Of a stretch of 64,000 bases of DNA, positions 49,326 through 62,785 are shown piece after piece. The notes below the pieces were generated by a model, which was given only the letters and a program-made list of their open reading frames with translations, was not told the DNA's origin and did not search any database. Location of the stretch: the NCBI GenBank assembly GCA_002633005.1, contig NMRA01000017.1:1698295-1762294 (forward strand). Direction: 5' to 3'. The position numbers were made by a program, and so were the translations under genes. This stretch comes from Phoronis australis (taxonomy: Eukaryota > Animalia > Phoronida). Each line of letters starts with the position of its first letter. Within the stretch, counting starts at the first letter, position 1.

Positions 49326-50079
49326 TGTGTCATTGCCATGGGGATAAAGAATAAATCTGATCCTCGAACCCACCACTCAATATTCGTTTGAGAGTAAGAA
49401 TGAACTGTGCCGTCTGGTGTTTTCTTTGCGATAAGTTCAAACTATCGCTGTCTCGTGGGAAAGTTGAGTGAAGATCCCCTAACGTAAAGTAAAGCACCTC
49501 AACTTGCAGTTTCTCATTGCGGTAGGTAAGTGTAAACTTAGTTTCTCTGCTGTATAACAAGGAATTGCTATTCTGTATAAACTTTTCACCAGAGCATCGT
49601 GGTAGGTTAATCAGGATATAACTAAACACCATAGGCCACAGTACCCTAACTCTGCTCACTTATGTTAAATCCCAGCTAAGATGCAAAATAACACTAAATA
49701 TTGCGTGTAATTTTCAATTTTCGTGTTTGCTGTCACTTTTTGTGTTTTCTGGTAAATGCAACAGTGCCAGCCAACGTTCTGACACAAAATACCTATTGGT
49801 TTACACAGTATGTGTAAATGATGTTGATTGGTATGGTGTAATCTTATCAGGGGATAACTTGTTGAGTGCAAGTGTCTGTGGGGAGGGTTAGAGGAAACTG
49901 TACCAGGCATTCCCTGGTGTCATATCTCCTCAGACTGAGGGCAATGGTCTGTTTGACCTCAGTGATAATAGCTCTAGTGCATGCTTAAGTTGCAGGAGGG
50001 CAAATTTCATGTTTAGATTGACTGATTTATTGCAGTAACTGTCGCCCTGTTAAAAGTTTACATGGTCATGTTTGTGCAA

Positions 50080-53000
50080 AGTAATAAATTTCGCCAAGTA
50101 TGTTGGTCTGACAGCAAGTTTTTTTTTTGTTCGCTCTCTAAACGTCGCAATTTTTGTCCGAGTTTCACGAAAATTTGCACGCAACGTGTAGATTGGGAAA
50201 TACCGGAACGCTTTTGTTTTTGGTCATGATCGGATTCAAAACTGCACAGTTGTAGCACGTGTTCTATAATAATTGTACCACGTTTTAGCCCTGTACGTCG
50301 AAAAATGCGGCCTCTATGAGCATTTGACTGTGAAATTGGATACAAAATGGCCGCCACGTCTGCCATTTTGAATTTGATCATGACCAAAAACAATATGCTT
50401 CCAGGACTTTCCGATCTGCACATTGTGTGCAAATTTCGTGAGAATGGGACGAAAATTGCGACCTGTAGAGTGCGAACAAAAAAAAATGAAAGCGCTCCGA
50501 GGAGTGACACTTGGCGAAATTAACAGAAAAGACGACGATAGAGATGATGACGAAGATGACGAATATGATGACTGTTGTGGCGATGATGAAAAATTCAAGT
50601 AATGATAACATTCACAAGACGAACGTAGAGTCCAGACAACAGTAAGTATAAGCTACAGTCTTGAACGACACTTGGCGAAATTAAGTGAAAAGACGACGAC
50701 GGAGACGATGATGAACATGATGACAATGGTGATGATGCTGAACAACATCATAACATTCATATGAAGCACTTAGATGTCATAAATCAGCAAGAAATAGGCT
50801 ACACTCTTGTTCAATAGAAGCTAAACCATCAGTGCAGCAAGAGCACTCAACATTGGAACAGTGCTTATCAGAAAATCTAGAATAATTCGAAAAGCAGACA
50901 TCCTAGCGAAAAATAGAAAACATCTTCTGAAAGCCCGTTTAAACTCTATCTAAACTAATGGTATCACCTAATTCCGTAAATTTTTCGAAAAAAAATGAAA
51001 TTTTGCATTTTTTTAGAAATTCAAAGTCAAATAACTCGAAAACGGCAAATCTGAGAGAAAAATTGTTACAGGTCATTTGAAAGAGTATACCTCAGAGAAT
51101 CCACATGCAAAAAACATGTCTTTTTCTCTTCCCGTTTAAAATGGCACTCCAGCACGACTGAAAATGGGTCAACATGCGCCAGATCCGCCATCTGGAAAGC
51201 AACTTTCGGTTTTTTAGCTCTGTACAAAGAGCAGGTCATAAAAAAACTAATACCTGCAAAAATTCGAAGGAATTGGCCCAATAATGCGCTCTCTACAGGA
51301 GAAAACATTTTTAGGCCAAAATCGAGGTGCGCATGTGCGATCGCTTATATTTCCGGCATCTTTAACCAGAAGTAAACAATTTCTGGTCCATTTACTGTGC
51401 CCATTCACAGCCCTGTAAATAAAAAATTGTAGCCTCCAGAAGCATTTGAATCTTTAAATGAAAATAAAATGGCCGCCACATCCGCCATCTTGAATTCCAT
51501 TATGACGAAAAACAATAGGCTTCCAGTACTCTCAAAACTACGTGTTATGTGTAAATTTCGTGATGATAGGATGAAAATTGCGACCTGTATCGTGCGAACA
51601 AACAAAAAAAATGACAGCTTTCCGGGGAGCGAAACTTGGCGAAATTAACCAAAAAAAACACGCTACAGATAACCAGAAAAGACGACGACAGAGATGATGA
51701 CAAAGATGACAGCTGTGACAATGATGGTGGCGATGATGGACAATGCAAGTTATGATATCATTCATATGACGAACGTAGATGTCAGAAATCACTAGGCTAC
51801 AGTCTTGAGCGACACTTGGTGAAATTAACTGAAGAAAAGACGACGTCGGAGATGATGACGAAGATGACAAATATGATGATGGTGGTGGAGATGATGAACA
51901 ACATCGTAACATTCATATGACGAACTTAGATGTCATAAATCAATAAGAAATAGGCTACAGTCTATAGTTCAATAGAAGCTAAACCAACATCAATGCAGCA
52001 CAAGCGCACAACAAAGGAACAGCGTTATCAGAAAATCTCAAATAACTCGAAAAGTAGACGTCCTAGCAGAAAATATCTTCTGAAAGCCCGTTCAAAACTC
52101 TATCTAAATTGATAGTATCACACAATTCCGTAAAATTTTTCGAAAAAAACAAAATTTTGCATGTTTTTAAGAAATTTAAAGTCAAATATCTCGAAAACGG
52201 TAAGTCTGAGAAAAAATTGTTATAGTTCATTTGAAAGAATATACCTTAGAGAATCCACATGCAAAAATTCACGTCATTTTCTCCTCCCGTTTAGGTGGCA
52301 CCTCAGCACGACTGAAAATAGGTCAAGGTGCGCCAGAACCACCATCTTGAAAGCAACTTCCGGTTTTTTGGCTGTGAAAAAGTCGTAAAAAACTAATAAC
52401 TGCAAAAATTCAAAGGAATTGGGCCTATATTGCGCCCTCTACAGAAGAAAATGTTTTTTGCCCAAAATCTAGGTGCGCATGCGCGAATGCCAATATTTCT
52501 GCCGTTTTTAACCGGAAGTAAACAATTTCCAGTACACATGTAGTGCACATCCGGTCCATTGTGCTGAGTTTCAAACCTGTACGTAAAAAATTGTAGCCTC
52601 CAGAAGCCTTTGAATCTTAAAATGAAAACAAAATGTCCGCCACAGCGGCCATCTTGGATCCGATTTTGACGAAAAACAATAGGCTTCCATTACTTCCGGA
52701 ACTTTGTGTTGTGTGTAAATTTCGTGATGATCGTACGATAATTGCGACCTGTATCGTGCGAAGAAACAAAAAAAACTTGATGGAAGAGCAACATACTTGG
52801 CGAAATTTATTTCGGCGAAATTTATTTCGCCAAGTAAAAATGAGAGCGCTGCGAGAAGCGACACTTGGGGAAATTAACCGAAAAGATGACGATAAAGATG
52901 ATGACGAAGATGACGAATGTGACGACGATGGTGGCGAGAATGAACAATAGAAGTAATTAGTAATAACATACACATGACGAACGTAGAAGTCCGAAATCAG

Positions 53001-54160
53001 TAATCTTGTGGGACACTTGGCGAAATTAACTGAAAAGACAACGACGGAGATGATGATGAAGATGATGAATATGATGATGGTTGGGGCGATGATGAACAAA
53101 CATCATGACATTCATATGACTTAGATGTCATAAATCAATAAAAAATAGGCTACAGTCTTGTTCAATTGAAGCTTAACCAACATCAATGCAGTAAGAGCGC
53201 TCAACAAAGGAACAGCGCTATCAGAAAATCTTGAATAATTCAAAAAATAGACGTCGTAGTGGAAAATGGGAAATATCTTCTGAAAGCTCGTTCAAAACTC
53301 TATCTAAATTGATAGTATCACACAATTCTGTAAGTTTTTCGAAAAAAATGAAATTTTGCATTTTTTTAAAGAAATTCAAAGTCAAATCATTCGAAAACCG
53401 TAAGTCTGAGAAAAAAATTGTTAGAGGTCATTTGAAAGGCTATACTTCAAAGAATCCACATGCAAAAATTCACGTCATTCTCTCTTCCCATTTAAAAGGC
53501 ACTCCAGCACGACTGAAAATAGGTCAACATGGGCCAAATCCGCCATCTTGGAAGCAACTTCCGGTTTTTTAGATCTGAATAATAGAATGTCACAAGACAC
53601 TAACACTTGCAAAAATTTGGAGGAATTGTCCCTGTAATGCGCCCTCTACAGGAGAAAACGTTTTTTCCCAAAATGGAGGTGCGCTTGCGCGATTGCCGAT
53701 ATTTCCGGCATCTTTAACCGGAAGTTAACAATTTCCGGTATAGATGTAGCACGCGCCCTCTTCAATAATTATACTGATTCTCAGCCCCATGCGTACAAAA
53801 TTATAGCCTCCAGGAGCATTTGAATCTTAAAATGGAAACAAAATGACCGCCATATCTGCCATCTTGGATCCGATTATGACGAAAAACAATAGGCTTTCGT
53901 GATGATCGGACAAAAATTGCGACCTGTATCGTGCGAACAAACAAAAAAAAACTTAGTGACAGAGCAACATACTTGGCGATATAAATTTCGCCAAGTGTCC
54001 GCCATTTTGTATTCGATCATGACCAAAAACAATAGCGTTCCAGTACTTCCCAATCTACACGTTGTGTGCAAATTTCGTGAAAATCGGACGAGAATTGCGA
54101 CCTGTAGAGAGCGAACAAACAAGAAAAACTTGCTGTCAGACCAACATACTTGGCGAAATA
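50080..54160 (-). repeat. Repeat family B: tandem array of ~1.15-1.25-kb units with GAT/GAC microsatellites (HINE-like)
   Basis: About 3.5 collinear units (boundaries near 50290, 51410, 52575, 53790), with recurrent ACTTGGCGAAATT motif. Confidence 0.8.
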
Positions 54161-55352
54161 CGTTCTGTCTTCTTTAATCCCGTGTACCTCCATCAACTTG
54201 GTTGTGTCTTTCCCGAGTTTTGGGAAGGCGTCCAGTCTTTTCCTCAGTGAGTTTTCCACCACCTCTGGATCCCCATATGTGTCATCAAGACGTTCCCAAA
54301 GCCTTTGCAGAGCGCTTTCCGAGTCTCTGCTGTGAGGAGCTTTGGTGCTAAGCGCTTGCTTCTTGCTTGTCGGTCCAAGCCATTTGATGATTAAGTCAAG
54401 GTCTTCCACCGGTGAGAGGGCGAGAGTCTCCGTGACTTCAAGGTATGTACTTTTCCAGGAAGCATAGGATTCCGTCTTTCTGAGAATTTTTAGTGCTCAT
54501 TCTACTTAACCTCAACTCCTTGCGCAGTGTAAGTGTATGCTGGTGAGTTGTAACTGGAATCCAACTTGACCTGCCGTCTTTCATCTCTGAATTTGGATAT
54601 CGGTGGTATTTCCTCACTCATCAAGTCTGAATTCAAGTCTTCTATTCTGGAGAAGGCAGTGTCTATTGCAAAAATCTGTTGTTTAACAGAGAGGGAATAC
54701 TTCTCAAGCAGCTCGGCACTCTCTTCAGTCTTTGTTCTTGCCAAGAACTCCAACAGGGCATCTGTTACTGAGTCGTATCTATTGGCGAGTACATTTAGGA
54801 CATTCTGTATTTCTTGAAGTTTAGTCAATTCAGTTTTGTGCGTTTCAATTTCGCTAACCTCCGACTGTATGAAGGCCCAAGTCTTGGACATATGGTGTCC
54901 ATGACCCTCCAGAAGTGACTCAAATCGCTCGGTACCCCTTCTCATGAATGCCCGTTGACGCTCATCTCGTGGTTGGATGTCTGGTCCATCGCGCATCATA
55001 TCGCTGTTGGATCGAGTAGTCTGGTTGTACCCTTTTTACTCTGTTGTTTCTTACAAACAAACGTATAACCAGGGACTGAGGGTAAAAAGCTGAAACAAGA
55101 ACAAAAGCTATTCAGAACACTACTAAATGTCTCTCAACTGATATACGTGACACAAAACCATAACTATGATGAGTATGAGTCGACTGACGGGAAAAATGAA
55201 ACACCCGAATGGGACAGTAGTAGCACGTTACATAAAGAAAGTTACTAAAAACAGCACGAATTATGCTAGGATATCCTACAGTATAGTGGGTGGCTAATTG
55301 TTAACGAAGCTTTACGTTTGGAAATCTAAAGGAATCTATAAAACAACTTACA
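54160..55352 (-). mobile_element. BEL/Pao LTR retrotransposon 5' fragment (candidate LTR 55042-55352, gag relic)
   Basis: LDLIIKWLGPTSKKQA...ALQRLWERLDDTYGDPE...RLDAFPKL resembles Pao gag (DUF1759-like). Candidate LTR TGT...ACA precedes gagtaaaaagg and ORF 54502-54999. Confidence 0.75.
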
Positions 55353-55969
55353 ATGTGGTTAGCCACAGCTCAACACTTGAAACACGTCAGACGAAAACTA
55401 AGAATCAACTAAGCGCATTCGTGACTAAGTGCTGATGCTCCAAATCCGAGATAGAATGCTGGCCGGAGGCGGCACAAGTACCTTCACCCTCAAGTGAGCC
55501 AAGGCCCCAAGTGAATAATTTTAATAATTTTAGTTATGACACACATTTTAATGTTGCATGTTCAGATTCTTTGCAGCCTTTAACTGGTACATGAACTTTC
55601 TTTTTTGTATAACATACATGTGAAACCTACTGAAACCTGGCTTAAATCTGCATTTTGCCCTGTTAGCAAGTGAAAACATAAAAATCAACTAAAGTACGCC
55701 TTTTTCTCTCATAAAATTGCTCTTGCGATACTCCTTAATTACCGTGATGTTTCCATTACAAACTCAAAGTCACATAGTATGCATACATGCAGCATTTTTG
55801 AATTTACAATTTTAGGTTTGGCCCACCTACTAAAATGTAAAGCCGATTGTTTTGATGTTCTTGTTGACAACGCAAAACAGGACCTATCATGTTAAGGAAT
55901 ATCATGATTTGATGAGACCAAAAGACATAATTCGATTTTTGTGTTTAAAACTGCTGAACTACCGGTATA

Positions 55970-56237
55970 CCGTAAACTCGCGGCTCAATGCCCATGCCTG
56001 TGTAATCGCCCATCCCTGACTTGTGGTCAATTTGGCTTTGAAGCGTCCAATGCTTGAGTAATCGCCCATCCCCTACTTTGTGCAAATTTCCCGTAAGCGC
56101 CCATCTCTTCGGTAATCGCCCAACCCGAATTGTGGCCAATTGTTTATTTTAAGCGCCCACTGCTTGGGTAATCGTCCACCTCCTGCCAAAGATTTTCCCA
56201 ATTTAAGCTCCTAGGGCATTAACCCACGAGTTTACGG
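55970..56237. mobile_element. Short CCGTA-type MITE (deletion relative of 7802-8782)
   Basis: TA|CCGTAAACTCG...CGAGTTTACGG|TA. Confidence 0.85.
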
Positions 56238-56785
56238 TATATCGGAATGTATATTTAACTGCTACAACATGGTAGACATTGACATGTTAGAATTTTAACT
56301 CTGAGAACTACTAAGAGGGGAATAAAACATGAAAAACGCCTTGTTTATGACGTAAACAGTTTCAAGGGAAGGCTGTCTGTAACTGTTAATGAAACATAGG
56401 TGCATGCGATACACCTGAGCAAAAAATTACTTTGAAAAAGCTCATTAGGTAAGTTATAAATTCATGTGTAATATGTATAGTGAAAAACTTGTTGATGTAA
56501 GCATTAAAAATCACCGTGACCAGGATGCCACATTTAGTGCTTGAGACTGTAATATTCTTAATCGTCAAACCATAGCCTATCTTTGAAGGTAACACCTATA
56601 TATTATTTGGTTCCTACGGTATGTTGAGCATCGCTCTGAGCTCACTAATGTGCCATAAACTAATGAACTGTTAGGTGTATTGGCTTGCTTTTGTCCTTAT
56701 CACAGGGAGAATCACCTTTTAATTCAAACAACATTGAATAACACCCCCATGCAATGGTGTTCTATTCAGTACCCTATTCAACACA

Positions 56786-57301
56786 CAGGGCTTGGAATTT
56801 TCCGCGGAAACGCGATTTCCGCTTTTTTTAAATGTTCTGTCCGCGCATTTTATTATATTTCCGCGTGAAAAAAAATCGGATTTGATATAAAATTTCTGCG
56901 GCAAATTCCTTTCTTACCGCGGCATTGCCGACGACGTTCACCTCGAAAAGTGGAAGTTGCTCTTTATGTTTCGGAGGAACGTAAATTGTCAACATTGCCG
57001 GGGCATCTGGGATAGCGTGGGGGGATTTTCAATGGCGTCTCGTGTGATTTTTAACTGCGGTAACAAATACTACGGCTCTGCAGCCAAAAATGTGTGGGGG
57101 TGTTAGTGGAGGAGTGGACGGACGAGATAAAAAGACGCAGACGCATGCTACTGATGGTGGTAACGTTTTTTTTTATTTTTTTTAGTCCTACCCATTTTTG
57201 TTGGCGAAAGATCCACATCGACTATTTCAAGGCTGGGTAGCGCGCATGTCTTGGGCCGTAAAATTTTCCGCGTTTTTTGTCATTGGTCATTCCAAGCCCT
57301 G
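56786..57301. mobile_element. hAT-like MITE with 6-bp TSD
   Basis: TIR CAGGGCTTGGAAT...ATTCCAAGCCCTG. TSD AACACA at 56780-56785 and 57302-57307. Confidence 0.85.
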
Positions 57302-58126
57302 AACACAACCTTTTGTTGTTTGTGCTGGGATCTCGTGTAAAGGCAACATGGCACGGAAAGGCAGCTTCACCTATCATTTGACGGGCTTACATTTGCGTTG
57401 TTGAACTCGTGTTTTCTTATCTTACTAAGGCTTTGCTAGGACATTACGGTGTTTTCCTGTTGCTCCCAACTTGTTCGATGCTATATCCCAACAATAAGTT
57501 GGGAAGTTTACTCCTGTAGCCAATATCTTACACGACTGATTAACTCCATTCTGGCATTCCTGGTTGGAGGCTTAGCTCTCTTTTGTTCGATATCTAGTCT
57601 GACTGGGCTGTGCTGTTAAAAATAAAAGTTAAATTATAACATATTTGAACATAAACCAATAGCATTTCTGAAATCTTCTTCAAATGGTGATCATATTTAG
57701 TTTTTGAATCGCCAAAATCACCGAAGTTACGACAATCTATTCTTTCCGAATACACCAAATTCACTCCGAGTTTGACTGTTCACACCTGATCTGTAATAAC
57801 CCTGTTATAGGGAGGACAACGTTTTTTGTAATTTTTTTACAATACCCGTGTGTCATGCATTTTTGAAAAGCCCTTTGTGTGAGAAATGAAATGGTGCAAA
57901 AATCAGAAAAATTGGATGAGCGGTTGACGAGAAAGTGGCCGTTGAAACGCGACGATTATGCATAAAATATCTGCCTTTTTACATAATTTCGTAAAAAATT
58001 AAAGAATATACATGTGCTGCATATAAAAAGATTCGTCTCATTGAGACAAACATGGTGTGTATTATATAAAATTTGGATCGATTTCTACAGAGATATTGCT
58101 GTTTAAGTGTGTTGTTATAGCATATA

Positions 58127-59181
58127 CCGTAATCGTTCGGGTTAACGCCCATGCTCAGTTAACCGCCCACCCCTACTTTAGGTGGATTTTCGATTTAACC
58201 GCCCACTGCTCGGTTAACCGCCCCCCTGCTATTTTTGAAGATTTCCAATTAAGCGCCCACCTCTCGGTTAAGCGCCCATCCCCTACTTTTGACGATTGGT
58301 GATTACCGCCCTGTGCTAATAGGAAACGCGAATNNNNNNNNNNNNNNNNNNNNNNNNNNNNNNNNNNNNNNNNNNNNNNNNNNNNNNNNNNNNNNNNNNN
58401 NNNNNNNNNNNNNNNNNNNNNNNNNNNNNNNNNNNNNNNNNNNNNNNNNNNNNNNNNNNNNNNNNNNNNNNNNNNNNNNNNNNNNNNNNNNNNNNNNNNN
58501 NNNNNNNNNNNNNNNNNNNNNNNNNNNNNNNNNNNNNNNNNNNNNNNNNNNNNNNNNNNNNNNNNNNNNNNNNNNNNNNNNNNNNNNNNNNNNNNNNNNN
58601 NNNNNNNNNNNNNNNNNNNNNNNNNNNNNNNNNNNNNNNNNNNNNNNNNNNNNNNNNNNNNNNNNNNNNNNNNNNNNNNNNNNNNNNNNNNNNNNNNNNN
58701 NNNNNNNNNNNNNNNNNNNNNNNNNNNNNNNNNNNNNNNNNNNNNNNNNNNNNNNNNNNNNNNNNNNNNNNNNNNNNNNNNNNNNNNNNNNNNNNNNNNN
58801 NNNNNNNNNNNNNNNNNNNNNNNNNNNNNNNNNNNNNNNNNNNNNNNNNNNNNNNNNNNNNNNNNNNNNNNNNNNNNNNNATTTTCGAAACTATTTGTTA
58901 ATTAGAGTGCGCAGAGTACGCACTTGGTGGCGATAAAGTTCTTTTCAAAGTGTTAGGCGACCCCAGTATGTGGCTTAGTACGTGTGGTGACTCAGATCAT
59001 AAGGTAAGATTAACCGCCCAGGGCGGTTGCCTGTCGTAATAAGCGCTCATGTTCAGTTAACCGCCCCCCCCCGATTTCTTGAAATTTCACGTTTAAGCGC
59101 CCATGTCTGGTTAACCGCCCACCCCCGATTTTTTGGGTTCGCCAATTTAACCGCCCAGGGCGTTAACCCGAACGATTACGG
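58127..59181. mobile_element. CCGTA-type MITE nested in 57808-60340 (spans gap)
   Basis: TA|CCGTAATCGTTCGGGTTAACGCCC...GGGCGTTAACCCGAACGATTACGG|TA, a perfect TIR. Confidence 0.85.
58334..58880. other. Assembly gap (N run)
   Basis: Run of N. Confidence 1.
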
Positions 59182-59314
59182 TAGAACAGGCTCATCATGT
59201 TTGATGAAAACAATGGATTACACAGCTGAAAAGGTAAAGAGCAAAGACACCACATCAGCTCAGAAATAAATACATCTGAGCTACGAGGAAATTTCACATC
59301 AAATCACAAGATCA

Positions 59315-59475
59315 CATTGGTGGATTTGGGGAGGGCAAGGGGGCCTGGCCGGTGGCCCCCCCTAAAACTCCCATATTTCATTTGGCAGTTTGAGGGTGCA
59401 AATATCTTACGGGTAAAATCCTGCGTAATACTATACCCTGCCCCCTGCTATCTAAAAATCCTAGATCTGCCCCTG
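59315..59475. mobile_element. Small GC-rich hAT-like MITE (related copy ~35825-35955)
   Basis: Ends CTAGATCTGCCCCTG. Shared catttggcagtt...gggtgc...aaaatcctg internal sequence. Confidence 0.6.
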
Positions 59476-60558
59476 AATACTACTGCATGGGCATCACATC
59501 AGTGCCTGACAGTGACGGGGCTGGGGGAGGCTATAGCTCCCCCACTTTTTTAAGTGCTGGGTGCCACCCATGTACTATTAGATAGTATCATAGCAAAAAA
59601 CATCAGAAGGTAGACAAAAGACCATTTGGAAAAACAAATCACTCTTAACATGAAGGATTTCATCATTTACGCAACAAAAACTTTGTAACAACTTTATTTC
59701 GAACGGTGAAGTTGCAATGCCATTGAACTTCAACGTAGCCGCTGGTGGCGCCGACATGCGGCGACTTAGTGAACTAATGACTGCTGTTTGAAAAGTGCCA
59801 ATGCGCAGAAGTTTGACAGAATTTCTAAAAATGAAATAATTACCAATTAAAAGAGTGATAAATTCCTCATCTAAAAATCGGGGGGGGGGGCATATTGCGC
59901 AACTAGAAAAAAATCAATCTCCCGACCGACCAAAATTGGGCCTTCCGGACGATTGAAAACTCGCCATGAAAACTTGGTCTTGACTTCGAGAAAACAACTT
60001 GAGGAGATGCACACGCATCTAAACTACATCCTGTCCAAATGTTATGTTTGTATTTGAGAGTATAGTGCTCTTTTGGATTGGAAGAACTAGAGGTACTTTT
60101 TCGAAAGTTGATTGCATGGCTGAAAATCGCGCGCTAAAAAAGCTTACAAAAAATGATTTATCAGCGATAATTTGAGACAAAAAGATTACAAACTTACAAA
60201 TAAAGACTAAGGTAACGATTTATAACACAAAATTGTCTTATAGTTAACTTTGAAGTCTGAAATAGGGTAATTTACCGAAGTGGGTTTTACATGGAGGCGG
60301 ATATGGAGCACCGTGACCTACTTTTTGATTGTCCTCCCTACCTGTTAGATAAGTGGCCTGCTTGTTGTCATTACAGACAAAAGAGTGTACTTGGCAGTTA
60401 ACAAAAGAAGCTAGATGTTATCACAGGCTCAGAACCTCCCTTAACCCCTGGTAAAGTCAATGAACGGGGAAAACGCTGTCATGCTATCTGGTTAGCCCAA
60501 TACATCCAAAATAACAAAATTGCATTGAAATTTGGCTTTATGTCTTTTAATCTTTCAG

Positions 60559-60621
60559 GTGGAGCTAGAAAGTTTGAATGTTGCTGGCCAAAAGATCAAC
60601 AGAATGTCTTCAGAGCTTGAT
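60559..60621 (+). CDS. SH3BP5: SH3BP5-like coding exon 2 (VELESLNVAGQKINRMSSELD)
   Basis: tttcAG acceptor and GTAAGT donor; 63 nt, phase 0-0. Continues DPRIQ as in the family pattern ELExLN...IN..E.EL. Confidence 0.85.
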
Positions 60622-62267
60622 GTAAGTACTTGCAATCAAGGAGGAAACCATTTTTGAAATTGTCTGTAGACATTCTCACGCTTCTTTATGCTTTTTATGC
60701 ATTATTCGTTTGTTTTTTTATCTACTGGATATTTCCATTTTCCAAATTCTGTTTTGACATGTTTTCTTTTTTTAATCACTTTTGCAACCTGCAAACTTCT
60801 ACTAAAGCCCCATTTTATGTGCAACACTTTAGTTACACCTGTATTTAACACCATACACAAAGCTAACTGTAAAATGTGAATGTGCATCGCGTTTGTACGA
60901 GGAAAACAGAAAGCAATATTTGTGCTCAGCAACGTTTTCTTATAAAACAATTAAAAATATCTTTACTCTGGGTACATCTGAGGCTCAAGTATATATCTCT
61001 GCAGGATTGATTTTGGAACTATCGTGCAAACAGCAGGTAGGGATATAAGTATTAGGAAAGATAGACGGACTGGTGGCAAAATAGTTAGTAACTCGTTGCT
61101 GCAACATTTTTGTCTTATCTATCCAAGTTTTATACAACTTTAACACTGGTTGAAGGGTAGACTTAAAGCCCTTAAACTGAGACATGCATCTCAAAGTGTA
61201 TACTTTGTATCATTCTTTAGATGTGAACTGGAAGGTCTTTTTTCATTTTCAACCACCTACATAATGTGTCTCTTTCCTCAAGAATCACTACTATTTTCTT
61301 TTGGTCAAACAATAACTTGAAAAAATTCTAAAATAGAAGGCTGTTAGTGAGTAAGCCAACTTGCATAATTTCTTAAAGAAGAAAGTGGATTCACCAACAC
61401 TTATGAGACTGTTTCAACCACTTGAACAATTATGTTAAAATCATTTATTTCTTCATCACAGCCCAATTTTTTTCAATTTCCTTTCTTTTCTGTGTTTGTA
61501 TTAAGCTTGGAAGATCTTCAGTTGGAAAATTAATATTGATTTAGTAATTACTCGACACTTTGTCTAGTTTTATGAAAATTAAAATTTATGGAATGATGGA
61601 ACTGTTGGCAGTCTGTGGCTGAAATTTTATTTATGAACTGGTGGGAAGGTCAACTACTACATTGTTCTCCCAAATAAAGAAGTCATCTTGATATTTGTCC
61701 TATAGAGTAACATAAAAAGTCCTCGGTTTACGTGCTTCTGTCACTGTACAAACCATCACTGAGTCTGTGAAACTTGTACTAACTAAACATCATCACGGCC
61801 AAAAGTATTCTAATTATATTATTATGACTAGGAAAACGTAACACCACAAGTAGTCCTACTCAGCAAGATAGTCAATATAGACATGTAGAACACTACAGGA
61901 CCATGACAGTTTTTCAGGAACCTTGTCTTAGTCAATGTCATTAGGTTGCCTGACAGTGTGTCTTTGAAGTTACTTATTCAACAGCTCAATAAGTATGGTG
62001 AAATGTCCAAGCTTTCCATTGACGCCTGCTGTTCACAGAACTTGCAAACCGTCGAATAGTCTGCTGCCTTAAGCTCCTGATTGTTATCGTATTGACTCCC
62101 GTTCAGACTTGTTTGTCACTCCACTGTCCCTCTTTCCTTCAAGACGTTGTTTTTTCACCATTATTCATGCGCAGGACCATTGAACTTCCACAGTTTTTCC
62201 GGAAACCGTTAAGCACCAAACCTTGCTCTGCAACCAGATGTAACGATGAATTCCATTGATCCTTTAT

Positions 62268-62785
62268 TCATGACAGCGTTTTCCCGTTCATTGTCTTTAC
62301 TAGACAAAGGGGGTTCTGAACGTGTGATAACATCTAGTGTCTTTGTTAACTGCCGAGCAAAGTCTTTTGTCTGTTATGACAACAGGCAGGCCAATTATCT
62401 ACCACGCTTATTACAGAAAACGTGCGAACACCGTCAAACCCAGAGCGAATTGGTACATTCAGAAAGAATAGGATATTGTAACTTCGGTTGCAGTTGGACG
62501 ATTTTGGCGATTCAAAAAACTAAATATGATCACCATTAGACAAGTATTTCAAAAATTCTACATTGGTTTATGTTCAAATATGTTATAAGTTAACTTTTAT
62601 TTTTAACAGCACAGCCCAGTCAGGCTAGATGATCTTTTTGAAGATTAGAGCAATTATCGAACAAAAGAGGGCTGGCCCTCCAACCATGAATGCCAGAATG
62701 GAGTTAATCAGTCGTGTAAGATATTGGTTACATGGGTAAACTTCCCTACTTGTTGTTGGGCTATATATTGGGAGCAACGGGAAGG
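62268..62785 (-). repeat. Repeat family C copy, inverted
   Basis: Reverse complement of 57450-57807 plus 60341-60484. Confidence 0.8.

Larger units (their letters stand above)
57808..60340. mobile_element. DNA transposon with TAGGG termini and 7-bp TSD (hATw-like)
   Basis: TIR TAGGGAGGACAA...TTGTCCTCCCTA. TSD CCTGTTA at 57801-57807 and 60341-60347. Confidence 0.75.
57450..60484 (+). repeat. Repeat family C copy, split by 57808-60340 insertion
   Basis: 57450-57807 joined to 60341-60484 is collinear with the reverse complement of 62268-62785. Confidence 0.8.

Noticed and set aside
50314-53099. Ser-, Asp- or His-rich ORFs
   Set aside because: Translations of GAT/GAC microsatellites within repeat family B.
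57450-62785. A single TIR element capturing SH3BP5 exon 2 (Pack-type transposon)
   Set aside because: A third copy at 35980 shows a dispersed family, no TSD was found, and the exon is collinear with its host gene.
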